Of a DNA stretch of 64,000 nt, positions 45,789-56,168 are shown piece after piece. The notes under the pieces were generated by a model. It searched no databases. It was given only the letters and a program-made list of their open reading frames with translations, and had not been told where the DNA came from. Made by a program: the position numbers and the translations under genes. This DNA is from an uncultured delta proteobacterium. Lineage in GTDB: Bacteria > Desulfobacterota > Binatia > Binatales > Binataceae. Numbering within the stretch: the first letter of the stretch is position 1; each line of letters starts with the position of its first letter. The stretch spans positions 1,664,001 through 1,728,000 of the forward strand of contig CAWEEQ010000004.1 in assembly GCA_963808235.1 (NCBI GenBank). The letters run 5' to 3'.

Positions 45789-47064
45789 CCAGTTGAGCCC
45801 CTTCAACGGTTGACGCCTCCACCTCGACTTCATGATTTGTCAATTCATCGGGCCCTTGGGTCAATACCCGGATGTAGTTGCGGCTATAACCGCTCAGCCT
45901 GCCATCGGACCCGCGTTCTTCAAGTAATACGTTAAGTTTTGTCCGATTGAAGCGGGTCGCGAATTGAATCCGCTTGGCCTCGCCAAGACTGCGCATCGCC
46001 GCCGCTCGCCGCTTGATGTCGGCCGGCTTCACCCGGTCGGCAAACTTCGCCGCCGTCGTGTTCGCTCTGACCGAATAGGGAAAGACGTGAAAGTAGGCGA
46101 GCGGAATCGCCTCGACGAAATTAAAGTATGATTCGAAGTGACGCTCGCTCTCACCGGGAAATCCCACGATCAAGTCGGTTCCGATCGCGGCGTCTGGCCA
46201 TGCGTCGAGTACTCGGTCGACGCGCTCGCGAAAATAATCTCGCCGATAACGGCGCCGCATCCGGGACAAAATCTCGTCGTCGCCCGCCTGCAGCGGCAGA
46301 TGAAGATGCGGACAGAACTTTCCACTTCGCGAAATCACTTCGATTATCCGGTCGCTCAACTCTTCGGGATCGAGTGAACTCACGCGCACGCGCTCGATCG
46401 GGCATCGCTCCGCGATCATTTCAAGCAAGTCCGCCAATTCGACTTGCGGGTCGAGGTCCTTGCCGTAGCCGCCGAGATGAACGCCCGAGAGAATGACTTC
46501 CTTGAAGCCGCGCGCGTGCAGATCATCAAGCGCGGCAATCACGCGGCGCGGCTCGACACTTCGCGAGGTGCCGCGCGAAAATGGAACGATGCAGAACGTG
46601 CAGAACTGATCGCATCCTTCCTGCAATTTCAAAAAGGCGCGGGTGTGACCGTCGAGCGCGACTGCTGCCAGTTCAATCGGCGCTTTCTCCTTGCGCAAGT
46701 TGCTGACCATGATGCGCTCGCCCGCTCCTGAAGCCGCCGCCCGCTCCAGGTCGTCGAGCCTGCCGAGTCCAACGACGGCATCGACTTCGCGCGCTGCTGC
46801 CAACACGTCAGGACTCGCCTGCGCCAGGCATCCGGTCATGACAATTCGCGCGCTCGGATTGAGTCGCCGCGCACGGCGCGCGATTCTCAAACTTTCCGAA
46901 TCCGCGCGATCGGTGACCGTGCAGGTATTGACGATATAGACGTCGGCCTGCTCGTTGAATTCGCGCCGTTCCATCCCGCGCGAACGCAAGCGCGATTCAA
47001 TGATCGCCGAGTCGTACTGATTGACCTTGCATCCGAGCGTTGCGATTGCGAAGCGCGTTGGCAT
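45733..47064 (-). CDS. mtaB: tRNA ms2t6A methylthiotransferase
   Basis: TLGCKVNQYDS, NTCTVT, GCL, CDQFCTFC radical-SAM motif, HVFPYS. Confidence 0.92.
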   Translation of the reverse strand: MPTRFAIATLGCKVNQYDSAIIESRLRSRGMERREFNEQADVYIVNTCTVTDRADSESLRIARRARRLNPSARIVMTGCLAQASPDVLAAAREVDAVVGLGRLDDLERAAASGAGERIMVSNLRKEKAPIELAAVALDGHTRAFLKLQEGCDQFCTFCIVPFSRGTSRSVEPRRVIAALDDLHARGFKEVILSGVHLGGYGKDLDPQVELADLLEMIAERCPIERVRVSSLDPEELSDRIIEVISRSGKFCPHLHLPLQAGDDEILSRMRRRYRRDYFRERVDRVLDAWPDAAIGTDLIVGFPGESERHFESYFNFVEAIPLAYFHVFPYSVRANTTAAKFADRVKPADIKRRAAAMRSLGEAKRIQFATRFNRTKLNVLLEERGSDGRLSGYSRNYIRVLTQGPDELTNHEVEVEASTVEGAQLGGEIVRACATGTAASRAS

Positions 47065-47072
47065 TGCGATTG

Positions 47073-48182
47073 TCAGTCCGCCTCGAGCGCGCGCTCGATA
47101 AATCCGCCGCCAAGCACTTCATCGCCGCGGTAGAAGACGCATGCTTGCCCCGGCGTCACTGCCGGACCGCTCGCGATAAAGCGCACTTCGGCGTGCCGCG
47201 ACGAATCGATTCGCATCGTCGCCGGAATAGCAGGATGCCGATAGCGGATCTTTACTTCGACCCGCACTTCGGCACCCGACACAATCGAATCATCGACCAG
47301 GCTGACTCGCTCGGCGGTCAAGCCGCGCGCATCGAGACAGTCGCGCGATGCGACTACGACCTCGCCCGACTCGGGCCGAATCTCGCGCACGTAAAGGCGT
47401 TCTCCAGTTGCGACTCCAAGACCGCGGCGCTGCCCGACGGTGAAGCGATGCACCCCCGCGTGCTCCGCAAGCCTGTTTCCCGCGCTATCGACTATCGCGC
47501 CGGCGCGGATTTGCTCTGGCGCGCTTGCGCGCTCGACAAATCGCGCGTAGTCGCCATCTGGCACAAAGCATATTTCCTGGCTCTCGGGCTTGTCCGCATT
47601 GGCGAGGCCCAGCGCGCGCGCACGGGCGCGAACTTCGGTCTTGGTGATTGCGCCCAGCGGAAAAAGCGTGCGCGCCAGCTCGGTCTGTCCGAGCGTGAAA
47701 AGAAAATATGATTGATCCTTGGAATCGTCGGCGGCGCGCATCAGGTGGAATCGGCCGTCGGCGCCATTCTCGATCCGGGCGTAATGTCCGGTCGCGACGA
47801 AATCGGCCTCGAGCGCATGCGCACGGCTCCACAAGCGGTCGAACTTAATTTCGCGATTGCACATCACGCATGGATTCGGAGTGCGCCCGCCCAGATATTC
47901 GGAAACGAAGTTATCGACAACGCGCGCCGCAAATTCGGCGCGCAGATCGATCACGTAAAAGGGAAAGTCCATCCGCTCCGCGACGCGGCGCGCATCTTCA
48001 AAGTCGTCATGCGAGCAGCATGTGCCGCGCCGCTTTGCGGCCGGCGCCCCAACCGGCGCAGACGGCTCTGGCGCTAGACGCATCGCGACTCCGACCACGT
48101 CGTAGCCCTGCTCACGCAGAATTGCCGCGGCCACGCTGCTGTCCACGCCGCCCGACATCGCGACCAGTACCCGCGCGCTCAT
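47073..48182 (-). CDS. mnmA: tRNA 2-thiouridine(34) synthase
   Basis: MSGGVDSS, CC, TPNPC..CN, ATGHY, KDQSY, ESQEICF, TPGQ. Confidence 0.96.
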   Translation of the reverse strand: MSARVLVAMSGGVDSSVAAAILREQGYDVVGVAMRLAPEPSAPVGAPAAKRRGTCCSHDDFEDARRVAERMDFPFYVIDLRAEFAARVVDNFVSEYLGGRTPNPCVMCNREIKFDRLWSRAHALEADFVATGHYARIENGADGRFHLMRAADDSKDQSYFLFTLGQTELARTLFPLGAITKTEVRARARALGLANADKPESQEICFVPDGDYARFVERASAPEQIRAGAIVDSAGNRLAEHAGVHRFTVGQRRGLGVATGERLYVREIRPESGEVVVASRDCLDARGLTAERVSLVDDSIVSGAEVRVEVKIRYRHPAIPATMRIDSSRHAEVRFIASGPAVTPGQACVFYRGDEVLGGGFIERALEAD

Positions 48183-49348
48183 CGCAGCGAGACCTCAACG
48201 TCAGGTTCGGCGGCTGCGACGCGCCGCCACACCTTCGCGATGATTGTGCTGGCTGCATCGATCTCTGCGGCGGTGGTATTCCATCCGAGGCTCATTCGGA
48301 GCGAACTGCGCGCGGCGGCGCGGCTGCGGCCCATCGCGAGCAACACGTGGGACGGCTCGACGGCTCCTGCTGCGCACGCCGAGCCCATCGAGACTTCCAC
48401 GCCCTCCAGGTCGAGCGCGATCAGCATGCTCTCCCCGAGCACGCTGGGAAACGTCAGGTTCAACGTATTGGGAATTCGCCCGAGTAACGGACCGTTGAGC
48501 TTGAGTCGCGCGATCGCCTCGCGCAATCGAGCCAGGAGCGTGGCGGTCAGCGCTCCAACGCGAGCCGTTTCAGCCGGCATCGCATGCATGAGCGCCTCCG
48601 CTGACGCGCCCATCGTAATCGCACCGAGCAGATTCGGCGTTCCCGCGCGCCGGCCAGACTCTTGCGGGCCGCCGAAAATCGTCGGAGCAAAACCGGCTGC
48701 GTCACCAACATATAGCGCACCAATTCCCGCCGGCGCGCCAAACTTGTGACCGCTAATCGTCATCAGATCGCATCCGAGCGCGTTTACGTCCACACCGATT
48801 CGGCCAATCGCCTGCGCCGCGTCGATATGAAAGATCACACCGGCGTCGCGGCACGCAGACTTAAGCGGCGCGAGCTCCTGGATCGTCCCGACTTCCGAGT
48901 TGGCAAGTCCAAGCGTTACAAGAGCGGTATCGCGATTCGATCCGATCGCATCGAACACGCGCGTCGGGTCGATGCGACCATCGGAATCCGTCGCGACGCG
49001 TACGATCTCGAAACCGCGGCGCTCGAGCTCGAGGAGCGGCGCCAGGATCGATGAATGCTCAATCTCGGAAGAAATAATCTTGCGGCGCCGGGTTGCCGCG
49101 GTGACCGCGCCGAAGATCGCGATGTTGTTCGATTCGGTGCCGCCGCTGGTGAAAAGGATTTGCCGCGCGTCCGCACCAACTATCGCGGCGACTTGTCCGC
49201 GTGCCACTTCAAGCATCCGGCGCGCGTGTTGGCCTGCGCGATGCACCGACGAGGGATTGCCCGCCGCTTCGGCTACGAAGCGCGAAATCGCTTCCGCCGC
49301 CTCGGGTCTCAGAGGAGCGCCCGCGTTATGATCAAGATAAATCGGCAT
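48179..49348 (-). CDS. iscS: Cysteine desulfurase (IscS/NifS class)
   Basis: YLDHNA, GNPSS.H, TSGGTE, DAAQ, SGHK, GSAC. Confidence 0.9.
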   Translation of the reverse strand: MPIYLDHNAGAPLRPEAAEAISRFVAEAAGNPSSVHRAGQHARRMLEVARGQVAAIVGADARQILFTSGGTESNNIAIFGAVTAATRRRKIISSEIEHSSILAPLLELERRGFEIVRVATDSDGRIDPTRVFDAIGSNRDTALVTLGLANSEVGTIQELAPLKSACRDAGVIFHIDAAQAIGRIGVDVNALGCDLMTISGHKFGAPAGIGALYVGDAAGFAPTIFGGPQESGRRAGTPNLLGAITMGASAEALMHAMPAETARVGALTATLLARLREAIARLKLNGPLLGRIPNTLNLTFPSVLGESMLIALDLEGVEVSMGSACAAGAVEPSHVLLAMGRSRAAARSSLRMSLGWNTTAAEIDAASTIIAKVWRRVAAAEPDVEVSLR

Positions 49349-49431
49349 GGATGGTTTGGTACGCCTTCAATGAAGCGACTAGCCTACCCTACTGCGACTT
49401 TCCGCAAAAGCACGCTCCGATGGTAATAACG

Positions 49432-50622
49432 ATGGCGACTGACAACGGAAATGTAATCGTAATCGGAGCCGGTGTGGTCGGATGCTCGATTGCGTTTCAT
49501 GTGGCCCGCGCGGGGGCGAAAGTGCGCGTGTTCGACAAAGGCGGAATTTGCGCCGGAATGTCGGCACGATCGGGCGCCCTGGTCCGGATGCATTACACGT
49601 TTGCGCCGGAAGCCGAACTTGCGTGGAAGAGTCATCGCTACTTTCAGAATTGGAGCGAGCTGGTCGGTGGGCGATGCGGCTTCGTTCGGACCGGGTTTGC
49701 AGTCGTCGTCGATGAGCACAATCGCGGGCGCTTGGGCGCGAACGTTGCGATGCTCCAACGCGTCGGCGTCGCCACTCAAATCCTTACTGCGGAACAATTG
49801 AAGAAGCTCGAGCCCGAGGCGTTCGTCGACGACGTCGCGCTGGCCGCGATCGAGCCACGGAGCGGATACGCGGATCCGATCGCGACCACCGAATCGTTCG
49901 CGGCGGCAGCGCGCAAGCATCGCGCGGAGTTCTCGCTGAATGCGCCAATTGCCGGGATTGCGCATCGCGGCGGACGTGCGGTCGGCGTGATCGACGGCAG
50001 TGGACGCACCCATGAGGCCGACGCGGTATGCGTCGTGGCCGGACCATGGACCGACGCGCTTCTGGCGCCACTAGGACTGCGTATCGGAATAAGGAACGAG
50101 CGCGCGCAGGTCGCCTTCTTCAAGCGGCCTCCTCAACTCAAACATTTCATCTACATTGACACGATCGCCGGCAGCTATTTTCGTCCGCACGGCAGCGATC
50201 TGACGCTGGCGGGGCTCGGCGGATGGAAACCTGAACCGGAGCCGGACCCCGACAATTTTCGCGAGTGCAATGACGACGACTTTGTCGCCGCCGTGCGCCG
50301 CCGATTGGCGAAGCGAATTCCCGCGATGGCCGACGCGCCTTACGCAGGCGGTCATGCTGGAATCTACGACGTGAGTCCCGACGGCCGCGCAGTGATGGGC
50401 GCAGTGCCGAACGTCACTGGACTTTTCGTCGCGGCAGGATTCAGCGGCACCGGATTCAAGACCGCGCCCGCGGTCGGAGCGTCACTTGCCGAGTTAATCC
50501 TCACCGGCACCAGTAAGACGGTGGACCTGACGCCGTTCGGGTTCGAGCGAATCTTAAGCGGGCGAATGATCGAGAGTGAGCACGAATACGAGATGGGCGC
50601 GGGCTTCGGCCACAAGCTGTGA
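49432..50622 (+). CDS. FAD-dependent oxidoreductase (DAO / sarcosine oxidase beta-like)
   Basis: IGAGVVG, SARSGA, AGPW, SPDG, GFSGTGFK.AP. Confidence 0.88.
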   Translation: MATDNGNVIVIGAGVVGCSIAFHVARAGAKVRVFDKGGICAGMSARSGALVRMHYTFAPEAELAWKSHRYFQNWSELVGGRCGFVRTGFAVVVDEHNRGRLGANVAMLQRVGVATQILTAEQLKKLEPEAFVDDVALAAIEPRSGYADPIATTESFAAAARKHRAEFSLNAPIAGIAHRGGRAVGVIDGSGRTHEADAVCVVAGPWTDALLAPLGLRIGIRNERAQVAFFKRPPQLKHFIYIDTIAGSYFRPHGSDLTLAGLGGWKPEPEPDPDNFRECNDDDFVAAVRRRLAKRIPAMADAPYAGGHAGIYDVSPDGRAVMGAVPNVTGLFVAAGFSGTGFKTAPAVGASLAELILTGTSKTVDLTPFGFERILSGRMIESEHEYEMGAGFGHKL

Positions 50623-50643
50623 GAGATTGAATTCGCGCGCCGG

Positions 50644-51363
50644 CTAGCTTTTATTGGCGAGGACTCGATCGGGCGTCGGCGGATGATGCTCGCTGACCTT
50701 GTCTTCTAGGCAGTCCTGCCGCTCCTCGATCTCTTCCATCCGCACGCCGATCCGATTGAGCTTGTCGATCAAGTTACCCATCGCGCGCGCGACCGGGTCG
50801 GGCAGCTTCGCGTGATCGAGTTCCATCACGTCATGCCGCGCGTTGTCGCCCTCGATTACCTTTCCGGGGATGCCGACGATCGTCGACCATGGCGGCGCCG
50901 ACGAAACCACCACCGCGCCAGCGCCGATCCTGCTGCCTTCTCCGATTCGCACCGGCCCGATCACCGACGCGCCCGCGCTGACCATGACGTGATCCTCGAG
51001 GGTTGGATGGCGCTTCTCTTTCTTCAGGCTGGTGCCGCCGAGCGTGACGCCCTGATAGATCAGCACGTCGTCGCCGATTTCCACGGTCTCGCCGAACACG
51101 ACGCCCATTCCATGATCAATGAATAAGCGCCGGCCGATTCTCGCGCCCGGGTGAATCTCGATGCCCGTGAGCCAACGCGAGAGTTCGCTGACCATTCGGC
51201 CGAGCAGCTTGCAGTGATGCTCCCAGAGCCAGTGCGCGAGGCGATGAAACCAGATCGCATGCAGTCCCGGGTACGCGAGCACGACTTCGAGCGTGGTGCG
51301 CGCGGCGGGGTCGCGGTCAAAAACCACCTGGATGTCTTCCCGGATTCGGTTCATCACATCCAT
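50644..51363 (-). CDS. cysE: Serine O-acetyltransferase
   Basis: [40 protein letters not shown]. Confidence 0.95.
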   Translation of the reverse strand: MDVMNRIREDIQVVFDRDPAARTTLEVVLAYPGLHAIWFHRLAHWLWEHHCKLLGRMVSELSRWLTGIEIHPGARIGRRLFIDHGMGVVFGETVEIGDDVLIYQGVTLGGTSLKKEKRHPTLEDHVMVSAGASVIGPVRIGEGSRIGAGAVVVSSAPPWSTIVGIPGKVIEGDNARHDVMELDHAKLPDPVARAMGNLIDKLNRIGVRMEEIEERQDCLEDKVSEHHPPTPDRVLANKS

Positions 51364-51391
51364 GGCACGTTCCTCTATTGTCCGCGCCGCG

Positions 51392-53065
51392 TCACGCCTT
51401 CGGATGCGACGCGTGATTGTTTTCCGCAGACTTCGAGCGCGGACGCACGCCGTTGCGCTTGGACGCCGCCGCCTTGCTGCGCGGCTTCACATGATCCTTG
51501 TGCAGCTTGTATTCGACCGAGTCAACCAGCGCCTGCCAGCTCGCCTCGACGACGTTGCTCGAAAGTCCCACCGTGCCCCATCGCCGCTTGCCGTCGGTGG
51601 ATTCGATAAGCACGCGCACTCGCGCCTCGGTGCCCGCGCCGTTGTCCAGCACGCGGACCTTGTAGTCGACGAGTTGCATCGCCTCCAGATTCGGATAGTA
51701 CGGCAACAGCGCGTGCCGCAAAGCGGAATCGAGCGCGTTGACCGGTCCATTGCCAATCGCGGAGTTGCGCGTGCGCGCGCCGTCGGGACCCTCGATCACG
51801 ACCACCGCTTCGCTGAATGGCGCCTGGTCTTCGTGCCACTTGTCGTCGAACACCCGGAAGCTGACGAAATTGAAATGCTCTCTCGTCATCCCGAGCGTCC
51901 GCAGCATCAGGAGTTCGAACGACGCGTCGGCGCCATCGAAGGTATAGCCCTCGGCTTCGAGCCGCTTTAGCTCGTCGAGCAGCAGCGCGATCTTTTCGTT
52001 TGAGGTGTCGAGCTCGAGTCCGAACTCTTTTGCCTTGTACGCGATATTCGCGCGGCCCGACAGCTCCGACAGGACCACCCGCCGATCGTTGCCGAGCAGC
52101 GCCGGGTCGATATGCTCATAGGTGCTCGTATTGCGCTGAATGCCCGAAACGTGAAGCCCGCCCTTGTGCGCAAACGCGCTCCGACCGACGTACGGTTGAC
52201 GCGCGAACGGCGTGATGTTGGCAAGCTCGTAGACCAGGGTCGAGACTTCGCGCATCGTCTTGAGCTTCTGCGGCGGCACGCAATTGTAACCGAGCTTCAA
52301 CTGCAGATTGGCGATCACCGAGACCAGGTTCGCGTTGCCGCATCGCTCGCCGAAGCCGTTGATCGTGCCCTGCACCTGCGAAGCGCCACCGTGCACTCCC
52401 GCGAGCGTGTTGGCGACCGCCACTTCCGAGTCGTTATGACAATGAATCCCGATCGGACAGTTCACCGCTGCACGCGCCGCGATTACGCCGGCTTCGATCT
52501 CATGCGGCAGGCGTCCGCCGTTGGTATCGCAAAGCGCGATCAGCGTGACGCCCGCGTCGGCAACCGCCTTCAGGCACGCGAGCGCATACTCAGGATTATG
52601 GAAATAGCCGTCGAAGAAATGTTCGGCGTCGAAAATCGCCTCGTCGAAGTTTTTGGTCAGGAAGGCGATCGTGTCGTAGAGGATTTCGAGATTCTCGTTG
52701 AGCGGGATTCTGAGCGCCTCACGCACATGCATGTCCCACGTCTTGCCGACCACCGTCGCAACTGGAGTCTCGGCGCGCAGCAGCAGTTGCAGATTGCGAT
52801 CGGCCGAGGCGCGCACTCCGGAACGTCGGGTCGCACCGAACGCCGCGATCTTCGCGTGATGAAGCTTGCTCTTCTTGATCTGCTTGAAAAATGCGGCGTC
52901 GCGCTCGTTCGAGCCCGGCCAGCCGCCCTCGATATAGTCGAAGCCAATCTCGTCGAGACGCTCGGCAATCGTGACCTTGTCCTCGATAGTCAGCGAGACG
53001 TCCTCGGACTGGCATCCATCGCGCAAGGTCGTGTCGTAAACCTGGATATGTTTTGCATCCGCCAT
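51392..53065 (-). CDS. cimA: Citramalate synthase (LeuA/CimA family)
   Basis: [56 protein letters not shown]. Confidence 0.9.
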   Translation of the reverse strand: MADAKHIQVYDTTLRDGCQSEDVSLTIEDKVTIAERLDEIGFDYIEGGWPGSNERDAAFFKQIKKSKLHHAKIAAFGATRRSGVRASADRNLQLLLRAETPVATVVGKTWDMHVREALRIPLNENLEILYDTIAFLTKNFDEAIFDAEHFFDGYFHNPEYALACLKAVADAGVTLIALCDTNGGRLPHEIEAGVIAARAAVNCPIGIHCHNDSEVAVANTLAGVHGGASQVQGTINGFGERCGNANLVSVIANLQLKLGYNCVPPQKLKTMREVSTLVYELANITPFARQPYVGRSAFAHKGGLHVSGIQRNTSTYEHIDPALLGNDRRVVLSELSGRANIAYKAKEFGLELDTSNEKIALLLDELKRLEAEGYTFDGADASFELLMLRTLGMTREHFNFVSFRVFDDKWHEDQAPFSEAVVVIEGPDGARTRNSAIGNGPVNALDSALRHALLPYYPNLEAMQLVDYKVRVLDNGAGTEARVRVLIESTDGKRRWGTVGLSSNVVEASWQALVDSVEYKLHKDHVKPRSKAAASKRNGVRPRSKSAENNHASHPKA

Positions 53066-53070
53066 CGGAC

Positions 53071-54312
53071 TCAAACGCTCTCCGCCGGCGCAGAGTGAGC
53101 GGCGCCGTTGATAAACGCGTCGTGCAGCGCGCGCATCGCAAGTTCCCCGTACTTCGAGTTGACCACCACCGAGACCTTAATCTCCGAGGTCGAAATCATC
53201 TCGATATTAATCCGTTCCGTCGCCAGCACCTGGAACATTTTCGCCGCGACTCCGGCATGGGTTCGCATCCCGACTCCCACCACCGAGACCTTGGCGACCT
53301 GGTCCTGATGCCGCACGCCCGCCGCGCCGACTTCGCGCTCGATCGCGGTCATGAGTTGGAGCGCGCCGCGCAAGTCTTCCCGGCCTACGGTAAAGGTCAT
53401 GTCGGTGCGGCCGTCGGCACTGGCGTTCTGGATAATCATGTCCACCACGATTCCGGCTTCCGCGATCGGGCCGAAAATCCGCGCCGCGAGACCGGGCCGA
53501 TCCTCGACGCCGGCAACCGTGATCTTGCTCTGGTTCTGATCGAGCGTAACTCCCGAAACGAGCACATCCTCCATGGACAAATCCTCTTTGCCGACCCACG
53601 TTCCCGCGGCTTCGTGGAAGCTCGAGCGGACGACGAGCGGCACATTGTAACGGCGGGCAAGTTCAACCGAGCGAGTCTGCAGGACCTTCGCCCCGAGTCC
53701 GGCCATCTCGAGCATCTCATCGTATGAGATGCGCCCGAGCTTTCGCGCTTTCGGACAAACATTGGGATCGGCAGTATAGACGCCGTCGACGTCGGTGTAG
53801 ATTTCGCACGCGTCGGCTTTCAGAGCGGCTGCGAGCGCGACCGCGGTAAGGTCCGACGCGCCGCGCCCAAGCGTCGTGATATCGCCCTCGGAATTCACGC
53901 CCTGGTAGCCCGCCACCACAACGATTTGGCCCTCGCCGAGTGCGCGCATGATTCGATCGCACTGCACCGACTTGATTCGCGCGCGGCCATGATTCGAATC
54001 GGTCGCAAGGTTCATTTGAAATGCAAGAAACGAAACTGTCCGATGGCCCATCGATTGGAGCCGGATCGCGAGCAGCGCGGCCGAGACCTGCTCTCCGGTC
54101 GCGACCAGCATGTCAGTCTCGCGCGCATCGGGCGTCTCGCTGAGCTCGCTTGCCATCTTGAATAGCCGGTTGGTCTCACCGGCCATCGCGGAAACGACGA
54201 CGACCAGCGAATCGCCGCGCTCGCGCGATTTGGCCGCGCGCTCGGCGACGGCCTTGATCCGCTCGATCGAGCCGACCGAAGTCCCGCCGTATTTTTGAAC
54301 AATCAACGCCAT
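53071..54312 (-). CDS. lysC: Aspartate kinase
   Basis: VQKYGGTSV, VVSAM, TLGRG.SD, IYTDVDG, two ACT domains, STSEIK. Confidence 0.95.
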   Translation of the reverse strand: MALIVQKYGGTSVGSIERIKAVAERAAKSRERGDSLVVVVSAMAGETNRLFKMASELSETPDARETDMLVATGEQVSAALLAIRLQSMGHRTVSFLAFQMNLATDSNHGRARIKSVQCDRIMRALGEGQIVVVAGYQGVNSEGDITTLGRGASDLTAVALAAALKADACEIYTDVDGVYTADPNVCPKARKLGRISYDEMLEMAGLGAKVLQTRSVELARRYNVPLVVRSSFHEAAGTWVGKEDLSMEDVLVSGVTLDQNQSKITVAGVEDRPGLAARIFGPIAEAGIVVDMIIQNASADGRTDMTFTVGREDLRGALQLMTAIEREVGAAGVRHQDQVAKVSVVGVGMRTHAGVAAKMFQVLATERINIEMISTSEIKVSVVVNSKYGELAMRALHDAFINGAAHSAPAESV

Positions 54313-54406
54313 CGAAAACGGCCCAATCCCTTGAGAAATTGGGGTAATCGATAATTATGAGCGGAAACAGGGGCTCAAACCAGCCCCCTCTCGCGGAGGT
54401 AGTGTC

Positions 54407-54769
54407 CTAATTTGACTTCCAGCCGCCTTTTGCGCCGTCGAAGTGGTGCACGCGTGCATGCGCTACGACCTCCGGAGTCATCAGCCGCGCATTTACGCCC
54501 ATGCGGTTGTACGTTTTGTCCGCCGCTTCCCAATGGGTAACGCAGCCGCATCGCTTGCAGCGATGAAATTCCAAGATCCTCCGACCCCACATGTAGATGT
54601 CGGTCTCGTCTTTCGTTACTTGCACTTCTTTGGGCGAATAGTAGGCCCAGAGTGCGCCGTAGCGTCGGCAGATGGTGCAATTGCAATCCGTTACCTCTTC
54701 CGGAGCGCGACTAGTCTCAAAACGCACTGCGCCGCAATGGCACGAGGCCTCGATCATTTCGTTGGCCAC
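54407..54769 (-). CDS. GFA/CENP-V family zinc protein
   Basis: CHCGAV, CNCTIC, C..CG; AAGGAG before GTG. Confidence 0.88.
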   Translation of the reverse strand: MANEMIEASCHCGAVRFETSRAPEEVTDCNCTICRRYGALWAYYSPKEVQVTKDETDIYMWGRRILEFHRCKRCGCVTHWEAADKTYNRMGVNARLMTPEVVAHARVHHFDGAKGGWKSN

Positions 54770-54770
54770 T

Positions 54771-54965
54771 TTAGTCTCCTTCACTCCGCATGCATCCCTC
54801 TGCAATCAATTCGCCGACCGACCATAGCCGATCCGTCACGCCAGCGGCCATCGCGGGCGCGCAGCGTAGCGATTCGTGGACGCTGCAGAAATTGTAGAAC
54901 GCGATCCAAGGCGCGACAGCGGCACGGTGGTTTTGGAGTTTTCTGGGAAATCCATTCGTCAATGA
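54771..54965 (-). pseudogene. IS1-family-like transposase C-terminal remnant
   Basis: LTNGFPRKLQNHRAAV...YNFC.VHESLRC.PAMAAGVTDRLWSVGEL; no N-terminal catalytic part. Confidence 0.7.
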
Positions 54966-55542
54966 AGCCGCGCTCGCGTTCCGGAAAAAGAAAGGCACGC
55001 GGTGGCTTCACCATGAGGGCATATTTGCCAAGCGTGCCTTCGGCTCCACGGGGAGTGTGTAGCCGACGATCCTTTTTTAGCCAACGCGCGCGGTAGCCGC
55101 CAATCCAATTAGGTTCCTTTCGTTACACCGCATGCAGATTGATTTATTCCGCCCGTTTCCGTCCCGGCAAATAGCACCGCGTGTTCTAATGACGCTACCA
55201 GTGCTAGGCGGGGCTGAAATGACGACAGTGCCCCTCCTGGACCGGGACTCGCGAACCTGCGTGCGGTTTCGATTCCTCGATCTTGCGCCCGTCCTACTGT
55301 TTTTTGGGGACTTGCCACAAGTGTGCGAAATTCGTACAGTTTGTATGGGTCCATCGTGGTCCGAGCGCCAGTGGGTCGGTTAGCCCCCCTTTTCCGATCT
55401 GCTGGCGCTTCCTTTTTCCGATTGTCCAGACTTTTCGTGTTCGCTGTCGCCGCCCTCCCTCCCAAGGCTGGCGTGATGCCGTAACGTTTGCTCGCGTCGG
55501 ATGTTGTATAGATGAGCCTCACGCTCACGCGGAGATAAAACG

Positions 55543-55887
55543 ATGCCTTTCATCGACACTCGCGAATTGAAGACCATCGAGCGCCTCCCCGGTTGGAAGG
55601 GCCGCTATTTCGACTCGAACAACATGACCTTCGGGCATTACGTGTTTGAATCAGGTGCGACGATCCACGAGCACTCGCATCTGAACGAGGAAGTCTGGAA
55701 CGTCGTCGAGGGTCAGCTTGAAGTGACGATCGGCGGCGAGGCGCGGATCGCCGGTCCCGGGTGTGTCGCGATCGTGCCGCCCAACACCCTTCACTCCGTG
55801 CGAGCGATCAGTGACGGGCGCGCGATAGTCGTGGACCATCCGCTGCGCGCGGAGATGGGCGGGAACAAAGCAGCAGAGTCAAAATAG
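55543..55887 (+). CDS. Cupin domain protein
   Basis: HEHSH..EE...V.EG, PPNTLH; GGAG RBS. Confidence 0.88.
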   Translation: MPFIDTRELKTIERLPGWKGRYFDSNNMTFGHYVFESGATIHEHSHLNEEVWNVVEGQLEVTIGGEARIAGPGCVAIVPPNTLHSVRAISDGRAIVVDHPLRAEMGGNKAAESK

Positions 55888-55897
55888 GCCATCCATC

Positions 55898-56164
55898 ATG
55901 AAGACACGCCACGCAGCCGCGCTCGCGCTTGTGGGCTGGTATCTGATGATCCCGCCTCAGACCAGCCATGATCAGCAGACGTTCGACGATCATGCGCCAC
56001 TCGCTAGCTGGTTCGTATTCAGCGCTCACGACGCCGCTCACGAATGCGAAGGAGCGAAGTTTTTGAATCGCGAAGCGCACAAGCAGAGCGGAGATCCGAT
56101 GAAGGCCGCGCTGGACTCGGCGCAATGTATCGCGACCGACGATCCGCGTCTGAAGGGCAAGTAG
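55898..56164 (+). CDS. Small exported hypothetical protein (MKxRHAAALALVGWYLM..PP...CIATDDPRL family)
   Basis: Signal-like N-terminus, APLASW, two Cys, C-terminal CIATDDPRLK. Confidence 0.75.
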   Translation: MKTRHAAALALVGWYLMIPPQTSHDQQTFDDHAPLASWFVFSAHDAAHECEGAKFLNREAHKQSGDPMKAALDSAQCIATDDPRLKGK

Positions 56165-56168
56165 ACGC

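Noticed and set aside
54313-54406. Lysine riboswitch or attenuator before lysC
   Set aside because: Leader is too short and lacks L-box motifs; only a small hairpin is present
55229-55280. T-loop-like strings (GGTTCGCGAGTCCC on minus, GGTTTCGATTCC on plus) suggesting a tRNA or att remnant
   Set aside because: Stems do not pair and no cloverleaf can be built
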